DNA of 63,637 bases, filler included, from Aduncisulcus paluster (Eukaryota): assembly GCA_024181965.1 (NCBI GenBank). It is 8 parts of 8 records of this genome, joined end to end, with 100 filler letters (N's around TTAATTAATTAA, not from the genome) between each part and the next. Parts side by side here need not be neighbours in the genome. Positions count along the whole stretch, not along the records: positions 10,721 to 18,420 come from BQXS01010877.1; positions 18,521 to 28,763 come from BQXS01010879.1; 6 more parts are not named here. One strand, given 5' to 3'. This document shows, one piece after another, positions 10,721-20,873 of this stretch. A model generated the notes under the pieces. It saw only the letters and a program-made list of their open reading frames with translations, did not search any database and was not told where the DNA came from. The position numbers and the translations under genes are program-made. Position 1 is the first letter of the stretch; each line of letters starts with the position of its first letter.

Positions 10721-11867
10721 CTGTGGAAGGAGTCTGACACTCCCACCCACGAGTATATTAGGACATTTTTCCTCAAGACTGATATGGAAGAGAGGTTGGA
10801 ACGTAGAGATCGGAAGAAGAGGCGAGAGAAGAAGAAGAAAGCATCTGGATTGACACACGAAGAGCATGGGAAAGTAATCAAAGAAGAAGATACTGGTGGC
10901 GAACTAACTGGTCGTGAACCTGTCGATAAGGATGAATTAGATTGGTCCCCTGATGCTCGTCAGCAAGATGGGGCTTTGTATGAGTCATCTGGCCCCGATT
11001 TTAGCGATATTTATGAAGACCTTGAACAACTTGATGTTGATCTTTCTCACTCGTCTAAAAATAAGAACAAAACGGACAATTCCAACGGAAATGTGATGCG
11101 TCTTGAAGGATTTGAGTATAAAATGTTAAAGTGGAAAAGGCAGAAAGATGGACGGCAACTGGACTTAAGTACCACTGGTTCCTCCAGACATGATGATGAA
11201 AGAAGCTGTGATGATTCTATGGATGAGATTGAGCGTGATATAACTCTTAAAAGAAAACAACAGAGAGAACAGTTAAGAGAGATTGAGGAAGAAAAGAGGA
11301 GAGAAGCTGAGGCTGAGGCTCAAATTGAAGAGGAAGGGCTTGGATTGGACATGGCTACCCCTCACGAAGCTGACAATGTAAAGGTTGAGAAAGAGGGAGA
11401 AGAGGAAGAAGAAGAGGGAGATGAAGGAAGAAGAAGAAGAAGAAGAAGAAGTTTCCTTGCCAGAAATTGGTGCCTCAGCGTATCTTTTGACTCCATGTCT
11501 GAAATATATGAATGGTAAACCCACAAAACCACCTCACGATAAGCTAATTTGGCTTAAGGAAGGCAATCTGGGTGAGATTCGCATTGAATGGGGCAAGAAA
11601 GTCGAGAAAGCTGACGGCAGTGTGAGTATTAGCGGGTCACGTTCTGTGTGTGGTAACATGACTCTTTTTGAGCAAACTACATTAAAGAAAGGCAAGCCAC
11701 TAATTATTGACACTCCTTCTTGTTACTGCCAAGTGAAGAAAGGGGAAGAGAAGGAATATATGGTTGTGACTGTTGCTCCAAGGGATCAGTGCAGAAGCAT
11801 AACGTTTGTCTGCCAAGATGAGAACAAATACAAGAAATTAAAACGGATATTAAAGGAAAGGGTATAA
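10721..11867 (+). CDS. 5'-partial acidic protein with possible C-terminal PH-like domain; frameshift in GAA tract near 11427
   Basis: The frame is open from the contig edge. The poly-E tract continues in the +1 frame (ORF 11385..11867) into a beta-rich domain ending in a helix (KY...KLIWL...IEWGKK...SITFVCQDENKYKKLKRIL). Confidence 0.6.
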
Positions 11868-11876
11868 CTATAAATG

Positions 11877-11879
<3 letters not shown>

Positions 11880-11910
<31 letters not shown>
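11880..11910. repeat. (GA)15 microsatellite
   Basis: Direct reading. Confidence 0.98.
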
Positions 11911-11912
<2 letters not shown>

Positions 11913-12835
11913 TTTTTGGTGTTTTGGGAAATATGTATGTGTCTGTGGATATATCAAGACAGCTATACACATTATATGGTACAGGTATAGTGCAGTAGAC
12001 GAATGAATTAATTAGCATTCGTTTGTTTCAATCAATCGTTTATTTTGTCCTTATTTTGTGGTATTATTATTATTATTCATCTGACGCTCCTCTTATGTTT
12101 GTTTCAATCATTTTATTTGCACTCAATACATACATTTTCCACTATTGTCTCGATCGAAAGTTTTATTCTGTCTTCACTCAATCCGCTTGTTAGATGTTTT
12201 GTTTTATTTCCATCAGAATATAATATTATTATGATTTTGTTCATTCAATCGAGCTAAAATTATACAAATATATTATAAAAATATTATCTTTTGGAGTTCT
12301 TTGTTTTTCTATCATTGATGCTTTGGATTATTCAATATTATTTTGTTTTGTGAGTTGAAGTGAAATTCTCAACTTTTGTAGAGAATCTATTCAAGATGTT
12401 TTTCTTATTCCTTTTGTTTACATTTATGAACCAACTTCCATTCTTGGGACTCCCAAGCTTGGGAGAATAATTCTCAGAATAGAATTTGGTGTCAAAATAA
12501 ATCATAATAGATCAAATGCGAAAAACACAAAAATAGACTGACAGAAATCGAAAAAAAGGAAAAAAAAAAGAAAAAGGGATAAGAAATTTGCTTTAGAATC
12601 AAAAAAAAAAAAAAAAAAAGCAAAGAAAAAAAGGAAATAAAATAAATAAATTAAAACCAATATTTGTTCGTCAGTGTCTAAAAATTTGGTCAAAAAACAT
12701 ATAAATATAAAAACAATATATAGTAAGCAAAATACGGGATATTATTTTTGGAAAATAACATAATAATTCAAAAAAATAGAATTCATAAACTTGATGGCAA
12801 AAACCAACATCAAAGTCAGGTCTCTTGTGCTTCTG

Positions 12836-15800
12836 TCATGAAGTCAGAGATACTGTTGCTTCATCCTCACTATTCTCAAGAATTCCAATTGACTCGAGAG
12901 ATGGCTGTGAGATCTGTTGGTAAGTTGACTCACGAACAGTTGTCTCTGTCATCTCCTCAAGAGTTCCACCACTGGTGAGAGAATGAATAAAATTATCACG
13001 GTCTGCATTTTTCTTTATATTCGCTTTGACGGCCAGAAAGACTGTTATTGCTAGCGGAACAATCGACAACAAGACCCCAAGAACCATGAGGAAGATAACC
13101 CCACCGGTCAAAGATGAATCTTGGAATGAGAGAGGGATAGATTCCTCGATATTATAGCAATACACTCGACCACCGATTGGATTGTTGAGTGAAGTGGCAC
13201 TTGGAGTTCCCACACAAAGAGTGTGAGCACTCCCAACACCAACACTGGAACCATACTCTTCCTCAGAACCCCCGCCACTGTGGAATCGGTGAATAACGTT
13301 GCATTTCAGGGTGTCAATAACAGGGCCATCACAATCGACAACGGACTCATATACATTCAAAGCATTATTAGCATCATACACAGTGATAGCTACCCTACGT
13401 CCAGAGCAAGATATTCCATCTTCGAGGATTTTCCAGCTGGTGTCGTCACTGCTTGAGGAAACAAGAGAAGCCGCTGAAATATAGACTGAGGTTCTAACGT
13501 TATTATGTGAATTCAAACCGAGAATATGGATAGTGGATGAATCCATTGTGAGGACAATAATGTCGTCGCTGAAACATATTGATGGTATCACAGAATATGA
13601 ATCGGATGAATCTGAATCCTTTGAAAGGGATATGTCCTGAGTGGCGGTGAGATCAACCTTCATTTTTTCATGTGAGAGAGAGATCGAGTAGAATGAGAAC
13701 TTACACTGACCTTTGGCAGAGCAATTCATACATCCAATCCCATCGATAAACAATCCACACTGAGCATTGGGATCAAGAGTGATGGGATCATTAGAAACAA
13801 GCAGAACATCAGTGCCTGAGACATATTCACCTGTAATAGACATTTGGAGATCTGCAGTGTCATTGGGTTGGATATTGGGGGAAGAGAGGTTTTCAGAAGA
13901 GAAAGACGCAGACTCACCATTGTTAGATGTTGTCGCTTCTTCAAGCCAAACGGAGAATAGCAGTGTCGTAAAGTCTACACTGGCTCCCACAGGTGTAATG
14001 GCATCACAATATACCATATTTGTGTGCATTTCTTCATATCTTGCATGAGTGAGTGTGTCATGAATATCCACAATAACAATGCCATCACTGAGACACAGCG
14101 CAAAGGATGCTGGTGCAAGGAATTCAGAGTAATAGGAAGAGGATGGAGATAAAGCAGATATCCCAATAATGGACATGGTACTATCTTGTATATCGTTATC
14201 ACCTAGAATGGACAAATCATCAATGGATTCGTTGCCTGATACACTCTTTATCAAGGAATCTTCGTGCATTCCACCAATAAAAACAACTCCCAAAGGCATC
14301 ATTAATCCAGCATCATCATCGATGGAATCATTAGTTCCCACAGAAAACATGAAAATATCAGTGTCATCAGCAGTGACGAGAATAGAATCATCGAGGATAG
14401 AAGTAATCAGTCCAAGGGGTTGGGAGGCCGTATTGGAGGGCAATGAAGAGGGATCTTCAGGGGTAATGTTGTACCCGGATGGTTTGACAGCAGTTCCGAA
14501 CAGCCCCTTGACACCATCCACGCCCTGTTGAGAGAGAGTCGTACAGAGACCTCCAGTGAAGCCGGGAACACATTCACATGTCTCAGACACATTATTCCAC
14601 ACTCTGAACAAAGAACCATTGGAGTATGGGTTAAATGCCGGGTTCTCACATGCCTCTTCATCAACATTATCAGCATCAACAATGGCAGAACCAAAGGAAA
14701 TGGAGCTGTCGAGACTATACGAAAATGTGACTGGAGCATCAACAGGATCGTCATTTTGAATAGAAGTTGTGTCCAACAGTCCATAAATAGCATCAGTGGC
14801 CACTGATCCAGTGTATAGGGGTGATCCAAGATAAGAGAAATTTATAGCACTCCCGCCCATGAGACCAGTTGAGGAACAATTGATAATCTGGAGATTAGTT
14901 GAAGATGTTAAGTCGAATGGATTTCTCCCCTGCTGAGCTGTACTATCCCTATCATTTAATAAATTAGAGTTGGTTGTTGAATTGCTGAGAGTTAAGAGAG
15001 CGGTAGAAAGGCACATACCACCTCCAACCAGGGCCTCACACATCTCGAGGAAGACTGTGTTGATAGCCAGAGTCATGAAAGAGGAATTGGCATAAACGCC
15101 TCCTCCGCATCCACTTGAGATGGCTCTGTCAATCTGAATACTTGACAATGACACTGATAGAGTACTTGAATATGCAGAATCAAGGTAGACAGCACCACCA
15201 TGGGACTGGGAAAGACTACTGGAAGATGCAGTTGGTGATGAAAATGAAGAGTTTGATAGTTGAACAGTGTCAGCATAGATGGCTGCACTTCCACCTCCAG
15301 TCTGACTTGAGGCGTGGGAGGAAGTCACATCAGAGAAAATGACTGTACTGGCTTGAGATAGAGTGCTTCCAACATTGATGGCAATGTCACCACCCATGGA
15401 CTGTGCTGTGTTGTTCTCAAATGTTACATGCTCAAGACTCACGGAGAACACGTTATCAATGGATATGGCTCCACCATTGTATGAAGATGCGTTAGAAACA
15501 GGGGTCGTGGTACCATTATCAGGTTCTTGAGTCGATGTGTTACCAATGAACTGTGAGTTTGAAATGTCAACATCAATATACGATACAGAAATGGCTCCCC
15601 CAGAAGTGTAGGAAGTGTTGCTCGTAAATTGACTATTGGAGATTGTTAGACTGCCTGAATGTTGCTTTTGAAAGGATACAATTGATACTGGAGCTGTATT
15701 TGAGGAGTAAGAAGTCGAGGATTCAACATACAAGGAATCGAATACAAGATTATCAACGTCGGATACAGACACATAGAGAGGCTGTTGACACTGAGATACA

Positions 15801-17179
15801 TGCATTCCAGCAATTGTAGTCACGGTTTGAGACACTTCATCGTCTGATTCAGAGAGATCAAGGTACAAACACCCACCTTTCTTTGCATTCGTATCAGTAC
15901 ATGTCAAATTGGCAACATCAACACATCCTCTTCCAGAACACATGACTTTAATGGCCCCATATGATGTTCCTCCGCCGCTAAGGACAGATTCAGTATGTTC
16001 AACCGTGACATCACTCAGAGTTGTGAGAGATCCAACACTATAGAGCACAACTCCACCAGTAGAAGTCAAAGCAGAGGCTGTAAAAGTGGAAAAGGTTGAA
16101 GATGAGATGGAAATTGTATGATCTGTGTTGGTATTATGAATAATGGCGGCAATTATAACATTATCATGAGAGGCTGAGAAATTTGAGAAAGAAGACCCAG
16201 AAATAGAATATGTAAAGTCATTACCTGTTATGGGATTGATTCTTGGAGTTGTTTTTTGATCCTTTTCCGGCAATGTTTTGGACGAGCTGGAATCATCGTA
16301 AGCTGACAAGAGATTTGCTGAACTTGAAAGAATAATATTGTCAAACGTAGAGTCTTCAATCAAAATTGTCTTCCCTCCGATGAAATATAAGTCAGTTATT
16401 GACACCAAAGCGACAACGGAAACATTCTTCACAGTTCCACCAATGAAGGAAACGGAAGATTTCTTGGCTTTAATAAAACACGCATTATAGTTTGATGGGT
16501 CAATGTCATCATTTGGAGATGAAATGCTATCTTCTAAAGTGGGAATTTCTCCAAAATCCCATGTGCCTGGGCCATATTTAATCCCAGTGAATGTAGAACT
16601 CAGCGATGAAGTTGATGAAATAAAAGGAAAGCGATAGAGGGTCGTGGCTTCTTTATACGGGATAAGAATAATATTTTGCATGGAAAATGAGATGCTAGTG
16701 TTAATATTGAGAGCAGACGCCGAAGAAACTGATGGTAGACTCAACACACAGGCCGACTGGTTCGAAGGAATATTCATTTCATTTGAAGGAGAAAGAATTG
16801 TGGTACCATCCACACACTGAATTGAAACAGAAGCGAGAGATTGGAATGTACCAGTGGAAAAATCATCTGTGATGGAAATAGAATCTCCAAAATCAATATA
16901 ATCAGTTTCAGCTATTGGGTATTCCGAAGAAATAAGGGCAATGTTCAAAGAAGTTGCGATGTTATCTGTATAATTATTGAATATCCACTGAAATGCTCCA
17001 CTTAAAGTTTTACATGGGTTTTCTTGATCGCATGTTAGTGAAGCATCATCACCAACGCTGGATACAAAAACTGTTGTGGAATTATCATCATTTTCACAGT
17101 TAGAAGGCGATACTAGTTGAAGTATGAGAAGAGAACACAAAATAAGAAAAAAACATTGAGGATGAATTATCAGTTTCAT
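12836..17179 (-). CDS. Large type I membrane protein with Pmp-like (GGA[I/V], FxxN) beta-helix repeats and an EGF-like motif
   Basis: Signal peptide from ATG 17179. Repeats FTSNTSYTSGGAIS, YNGGAISI, FENNTAQSMGGDI, GGAVYL, GGGVYA; EGF-like CECVPGFTGGLC; TM GGVIFLMVLGVLLSIVPLAITVFLAV with a short cytoplasmic tail. Confidence 0.88.
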   Translation of the reverse strand: MKLIIHPQCFFLILCSLLILQLVSPSNCENDDNSTTVFVSSVGDDASLTCDQENPCKTLSGAFQWIFNNYTDNIATSLNIALISSEYPIAETDYIDFGDSISITDDFSTGTFQSLASVSIQCVDGTTILSPSNEMNIPSNQSACVLSLPSVSSASALNINTSISFSMQNIILIPYKEATTLYRFPFISSTSSLSSTFTGIKYGPGTWDFGEIPTLEDSISSPNDDIDPSNYNACFIKAKKSSVSFIGGTVKNVSVVALVSITDLYFIGGKTILIEDSTFDNIILSSSANLLSAYDDSSSSKTLPEKDQKTTPRINPITGNDFTYSISGSSFSNFSASHDNVIIAAIIHNTNTDHTISISSSTFSTFTASALTSTGGVVLYSVGSLTTLSDVTVEHTESVLSGGGTSYGAIKVMCSGRGCVDVANLTCTDTNAKKGGCLYLDLSESDDEVSQTVTTIAGMHVSQCQQPLYVSVSDVDNLVFDSLYVESSTSYSSNTAPVSIVSFQKQHSGSLTISNSQFTSNTSYTSGGAISVSYIDVDISNSQFIGNTSTQEPDNGTTTPVSNASSYNGGAISIDNVFSVSLEHVTFENNTAQSMGGDIAINVGSTLSQASTVIFSDVTSSHASSQTGGGSAAIYADTVQLSNSSFSSPTASSSSLSQSHGGAVYLDSAYSSTLSVSLSSIQIDRAISSGCGGGVYANSSFMTLAINTVFLEMCEALVGGGMCLSTALLTLSNSTTNSNLLNDRDSTAQQGRNPFDLTSSTNLQIINCSSTGLMGGSAINFSYLGSPLYTGSVATDAIYGLLDTTSIQNDDPVDAPVTFSYSLDSSISFGSAIVDADNVDEEACENPAFNPYSNGSLFRVWNNVSETCECVPGFTGGLCTTLSQQGVDGVKGLFGTAVKPSGYNITPEDPSSLPSNTASQPLGLITSILDDSILVTADDTDIFMFSVGTNDSIDDDAGLMMPLGVVFIGGMHEDSLIKSVSGNESIDDLSILGDNDIQDSTMSIIGISALSPSSSYYSEFLAPASFALCLSDGIVIVDIHDTLTHARYEEMHTNMVYCDAITPVGASVDFTTLLFSVWLEEATTSNNGESASFSSENLSSPNIQPNDTADLQMSITGEYVSGTDVLLVSNDPITLDPNAQCGLFIDGIGCMNCSAKGQCKFSFYSISLSHEKMKVDLTATQDISLSKDSDSSDSYSVIPSICFSDDIIVLTMDSSTIHILGLNSHNNVRTSVYISAASLVSSSSDDTSWKILEDGISCSGRRVAITVYDANNALNVYESVVDCDGPVIDTLKCNVIHRFHSGGGSEEEYGSSVGVGSAHTLCVGTPSATSLNNPIGGRVYCYNIEESIPLSFQDSSLTGGVIFLMVLGVLLSIVPLAITVFLAVKANIKKNADRDNFIHSLTSGGTLEEMTETTVRESTYQQISQPSLESIGILENSEDEATVSLTS

Positions 17180-17452
17180 TTTTATGAATAGAATTTTGAG
17201 AAATGCTTTAAAATAACTTCCGGTCGCAAGCCTGTGACGAAAAACTTCCCCAACTCTTGAATTATGCCTCAATTCATATAATAAAACATAAACTCGGAGA
17301 TAGTATGGAATTAATTGTGTTTTTTGATTCCAATTAAATTTTTATTGTTCAGGAAAAGAATGGGAAGTAGATTCCTATTTTCTTGCTAGAGGGTTTTAAT
17401 TCGCTCTTTATTTATGTCATTTTAATTTTCAATTGGGTCATACAGTTGAAAT

Positions 17453-18420
17453 ATGGAATTAAAAATTGTTATTAGAGGCCCTGGAAGATCTGGAAAGACA
17501 TCTCTCATAAATGCTCTTCGTGGTCAACCTTTTGCCCCGAATACATTACCAACTAAAGAAATAGCAGTATACAAAGATGAAATGCTCTTCAATAAGCGAA
17601 AAGATAGGGCAGAACTTGTTATATGGGAATCTCCATATCCCCCACTCTCTGTTGAGGAATCTGAACCGGATACTCAAGCTGAGCGTATCGAAGAAGATTC
17701 CAAAAAAGCTAAAACTATGTCACCAGAGGAAATTATTGCTGAAGCTCGAAAATCCGTTGATGTCTTCTCCACAACTGCTGGAGTGATCGTAACAATCAAT
17801 GAATCACCTACAGTTCAAGCCAAAGAACCTCTCGAGGCTCTAAAAGCATTTGTGCATGATGTTCCGGATTCTATTCCTGTTCTGGTTGTTATTACGCATT
17901 CCAAGATCGCTACTTCATCTCCTTCTCCTTCCCCGAGTCGTGGAACTTCACCAGATACCTCCTCGAGGTCTTCAAAGAAGTTAGAAGTTATTAATCCGAA
18001 CAAACCCACCATCCACCCCTCATCTCTTCGAACAATCCCTCTATATACCCTTTCTCGTGATCTCAGAGCAGTAAGACAGGGTGAAGGCATCGGTTCTGCT
18101 GTTTGGCCATGCCGTCTGCCGTCGTTAGCCTGTTGTCGTGTCGATCTATCCCGTGGCGCAGGTCTACACGGTGTTCTTGAGTGGCTTCGAGTCCCCTTTC
18201 TCCTGTGCAAGTACAAACAACTTAAGTTTGAGTTGGCTTTAGTCCAGATAAACTTTGAGAAAGCTGTTAGAGAGTCCAGTGCACGCGAGATGGATGAAGG
18301 TGATATCCTTGTCTTCAGTGCAAGTTCCTCTGAAGATTCAGAAGACCACACACATGAGAGTGCTGAAGATGGTGCTAAGGATATGATAGATGAGAAAATG
18401 GGAGCCATGTTGGATATTCC
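17453..18420 (+). CDS. RABL6: Rab-like protein 6 (RBEL1/PARF)-like GTPase, 3'-partial
   Basis: LKIVIRGPGRSGKTSL..LRGQPF....PTKEI and GLHGVLEWLRVPFLLCKYKQL resemble RABL6 (MKIVIRG..GKT..LQG.PF...PTQEI; GL..L..F..IPFL.L). Confidence 0.7.
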
Positions 18421-18520
18421 NNNNNNNNNNNNNNNNNNNNNNNNNNNNNNNNNNNNNNNNNNNNTTAATTAATTAANNNNNNNNNNNNNNNNNNNNNNNN
18501 NNNNNNNNNNNNNNNNNNNN
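18421..18520. other. Artificial contig linker
   Basis: N/TTAATTAATTAA/N. Confidence 0.99.
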
Positions 18521-20290
18521 CATCTTGCATGTCACTTGACGAATACTCTCATGCATGGTGCACTTGCGAAGACCATTGTTCATGTCAGTATCATGGAGAT
18601 GACCATCACTCAAAGCATCATCACACCCATCATGCAAAGCTCGGAACAGACTCACGAGCCCAAGCATCATCATGGCATTGTGAGAGAGTGTGCCATCATC
18701 AGACAATGCATTGTGCCACAGTGAACATGGAACGCTTGTCATCAATGTGGAACTCATCGTGTCCACATCACAACTCACAGAAACATACTCACTCAAAGGA
18801 GACAGAACACTCACACGACGGGAAACAGTGTCAGCATGATTCTTTGTCACACTTGCACACAGCTCTGGCGGTTGTCCAGACACACGAGCAGAGACACATG
18901 ACAGCTCACGTTGCAGAGATCGAATGTCACGGGAAAGAATCAATCGTTTCGTCTCAGACGTTTGTTGATCCATCGACAGTTCCCTTGACAAAGAGTCCAT
19001 CTGGGCTTGTTTCAACTCAAGCTGCTTCTCAAACTCTTCGTTCTCTTGAATTCGAAGTGTCTTCTCGGCCTCAAGCTCAGCCTTTGTGTGCGATAATTCT
19101 TTCTTTGTTGCATCAAGATCATCTCTCAAAGCACTCAGAGTCTGTTTGGTGGAAGATATGAAATCACTCAACAATTCATTGATCTCAACTCGTCGCTCTT
19201 CTTTCACTTCTGCAGCTCGTCTGGCTTCACCTTCAACACGAAGTTTCTCAATCTTGACACGTTTCTCTTCAGCTTTCAGCTTCTCCATTCCCTTATCGAT
19301 AACAAATTGAATGGCATGTAGTTGTACTTTTGATTGTTTGTAATCTTCATCTAGAGAACGAACTTCAAGATAACATGCTTTAATTGGAACAGATATTTCA
19401 ACAATGAACTTTTGCCAGAAGTAATTATCTGGAGGAATATGAAAATTTATAAAATACTCTTTGATGGAAACTATTTCATCAACAGTTGCATAATAATAGA
19501 AATGCATTTTGAACCTCTTTATACCACTTGGAACATTCTGACTACTTATATAGAAATGACTGATAATATGGGGTTCTTTAAAAGGAATTCGTAGATTAAC
19601 ATCTCCCAGATCAGGAGTTAATGACAAACTTGTCTTGCCCTGAAAGAACTTCACTAATTTGCTCTGGCTATACCCTTCTGTCGATTCAACTCGAGAGGTG
19701 TCAATATCACATATGAAAGAATCATCCATACAAGGAAATATGTATTTGGTTGAAGAATCAAGTGAATGTAACATATGCTCTTTCATAACACATTTCTCAG
19801 CTATTCTAGAGAACATTTCCTCAACACCTTCTCCAGTTTTTGCACTTGTCTCGAAATACAAAATGTTCTTTTCAGTTATAAATGCCTCAGCAGTCGATTT
19901 ATCAACTTTTCCAGATTCAACAGCATCCATTTTGTTTCCAACAAATGCTACGATTGAATTTTTCATTACCTCCTTCATAACAAGTTCAAATTGTTTCTTT
20001 GAGTATTCAAAAGAATCATGTGAATCTGTCAAATCAAACACAAGAATTACAACAGAAGCATCCATACAAATCATAGGAGTCAACGACCAAAACATCTCCT
20101 GACCAGCAGTATCCCAAATTTCAAGTTTTGCAGGTCGACCGTGAATATTCACCGTTTTTGAGCAAAAAGCCAAGCCAATAGTTGTTCTCATCGTAGATTC
20201 ATCATAGTAATTCTTGATATACCGTCGAATCAAACTTGTTTTGCCCCCACCAGGCCCTCCTATAAAAACTATTTTGTAATGGTCATCCAT
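18521..20290 (-). CDS. Rab-family GTPase fused to an unknown beta-rich domain and coiled coil, 3'-partial
   Basis: G-boxes GGPGGGKT, TIG, WDTAGQE, GNKMD and ETSAK in aa 1-170, followed by >400 aa of extension that is open to the contig end. Confidence 0.9.
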
Positions 20291-20873
20291 TTTTAATCGT
20301 TAAGAATTCTTAATATCTTTAGATACAGCAAAAAGTGACAAACTCCTCTAACTCAGCCAACGACATCTATTTAGGAATAAATTCCTCCTGAAAAAATATT
20401 ATATCTTAATGATATGTATTTTTATTATTTTTGAAGTATACAAAATCCATTATATGACGAAGACAAAACAGATCGAGCCAAAATCATCCTTTTGGCTTCC
20501 ATATTGGGGATATAGAACTTATAATATGGTATTATAAATATTTTATTGTTATATCTTTGCTTTCTTTATATGTTGCAGCTGTATTTCTCTACACCACTGA
20601 TGGATCGCATATAAAATCCAAAATTCACCACAACAGAAAGTTGGAAAAGATATCATGTGTTTTGCCGTATAATATTGAGTCAGAACAAAACATTTGGTAA
20701 TTTAAAGGCCGTGTAATTTTTTTGAATCTCAATGAAGTGATTATAGATAAGCTTGTGATAACAATAGACTTACCTCTCTACAGAACAAATTGTATTTTAA
20801 ACTTTATGATGTTTATTATTTATATTGTTTCCTTGATATTACTTAAACAACTAATTTAAGAAAGAAATATTTA

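Noticed and set aside
17453-20290. Apparent convergent cluster of two Rab-like GTPase genes
   Set aside because: They lie on different contigs separated by a linker, so the adjacency is an artefact.
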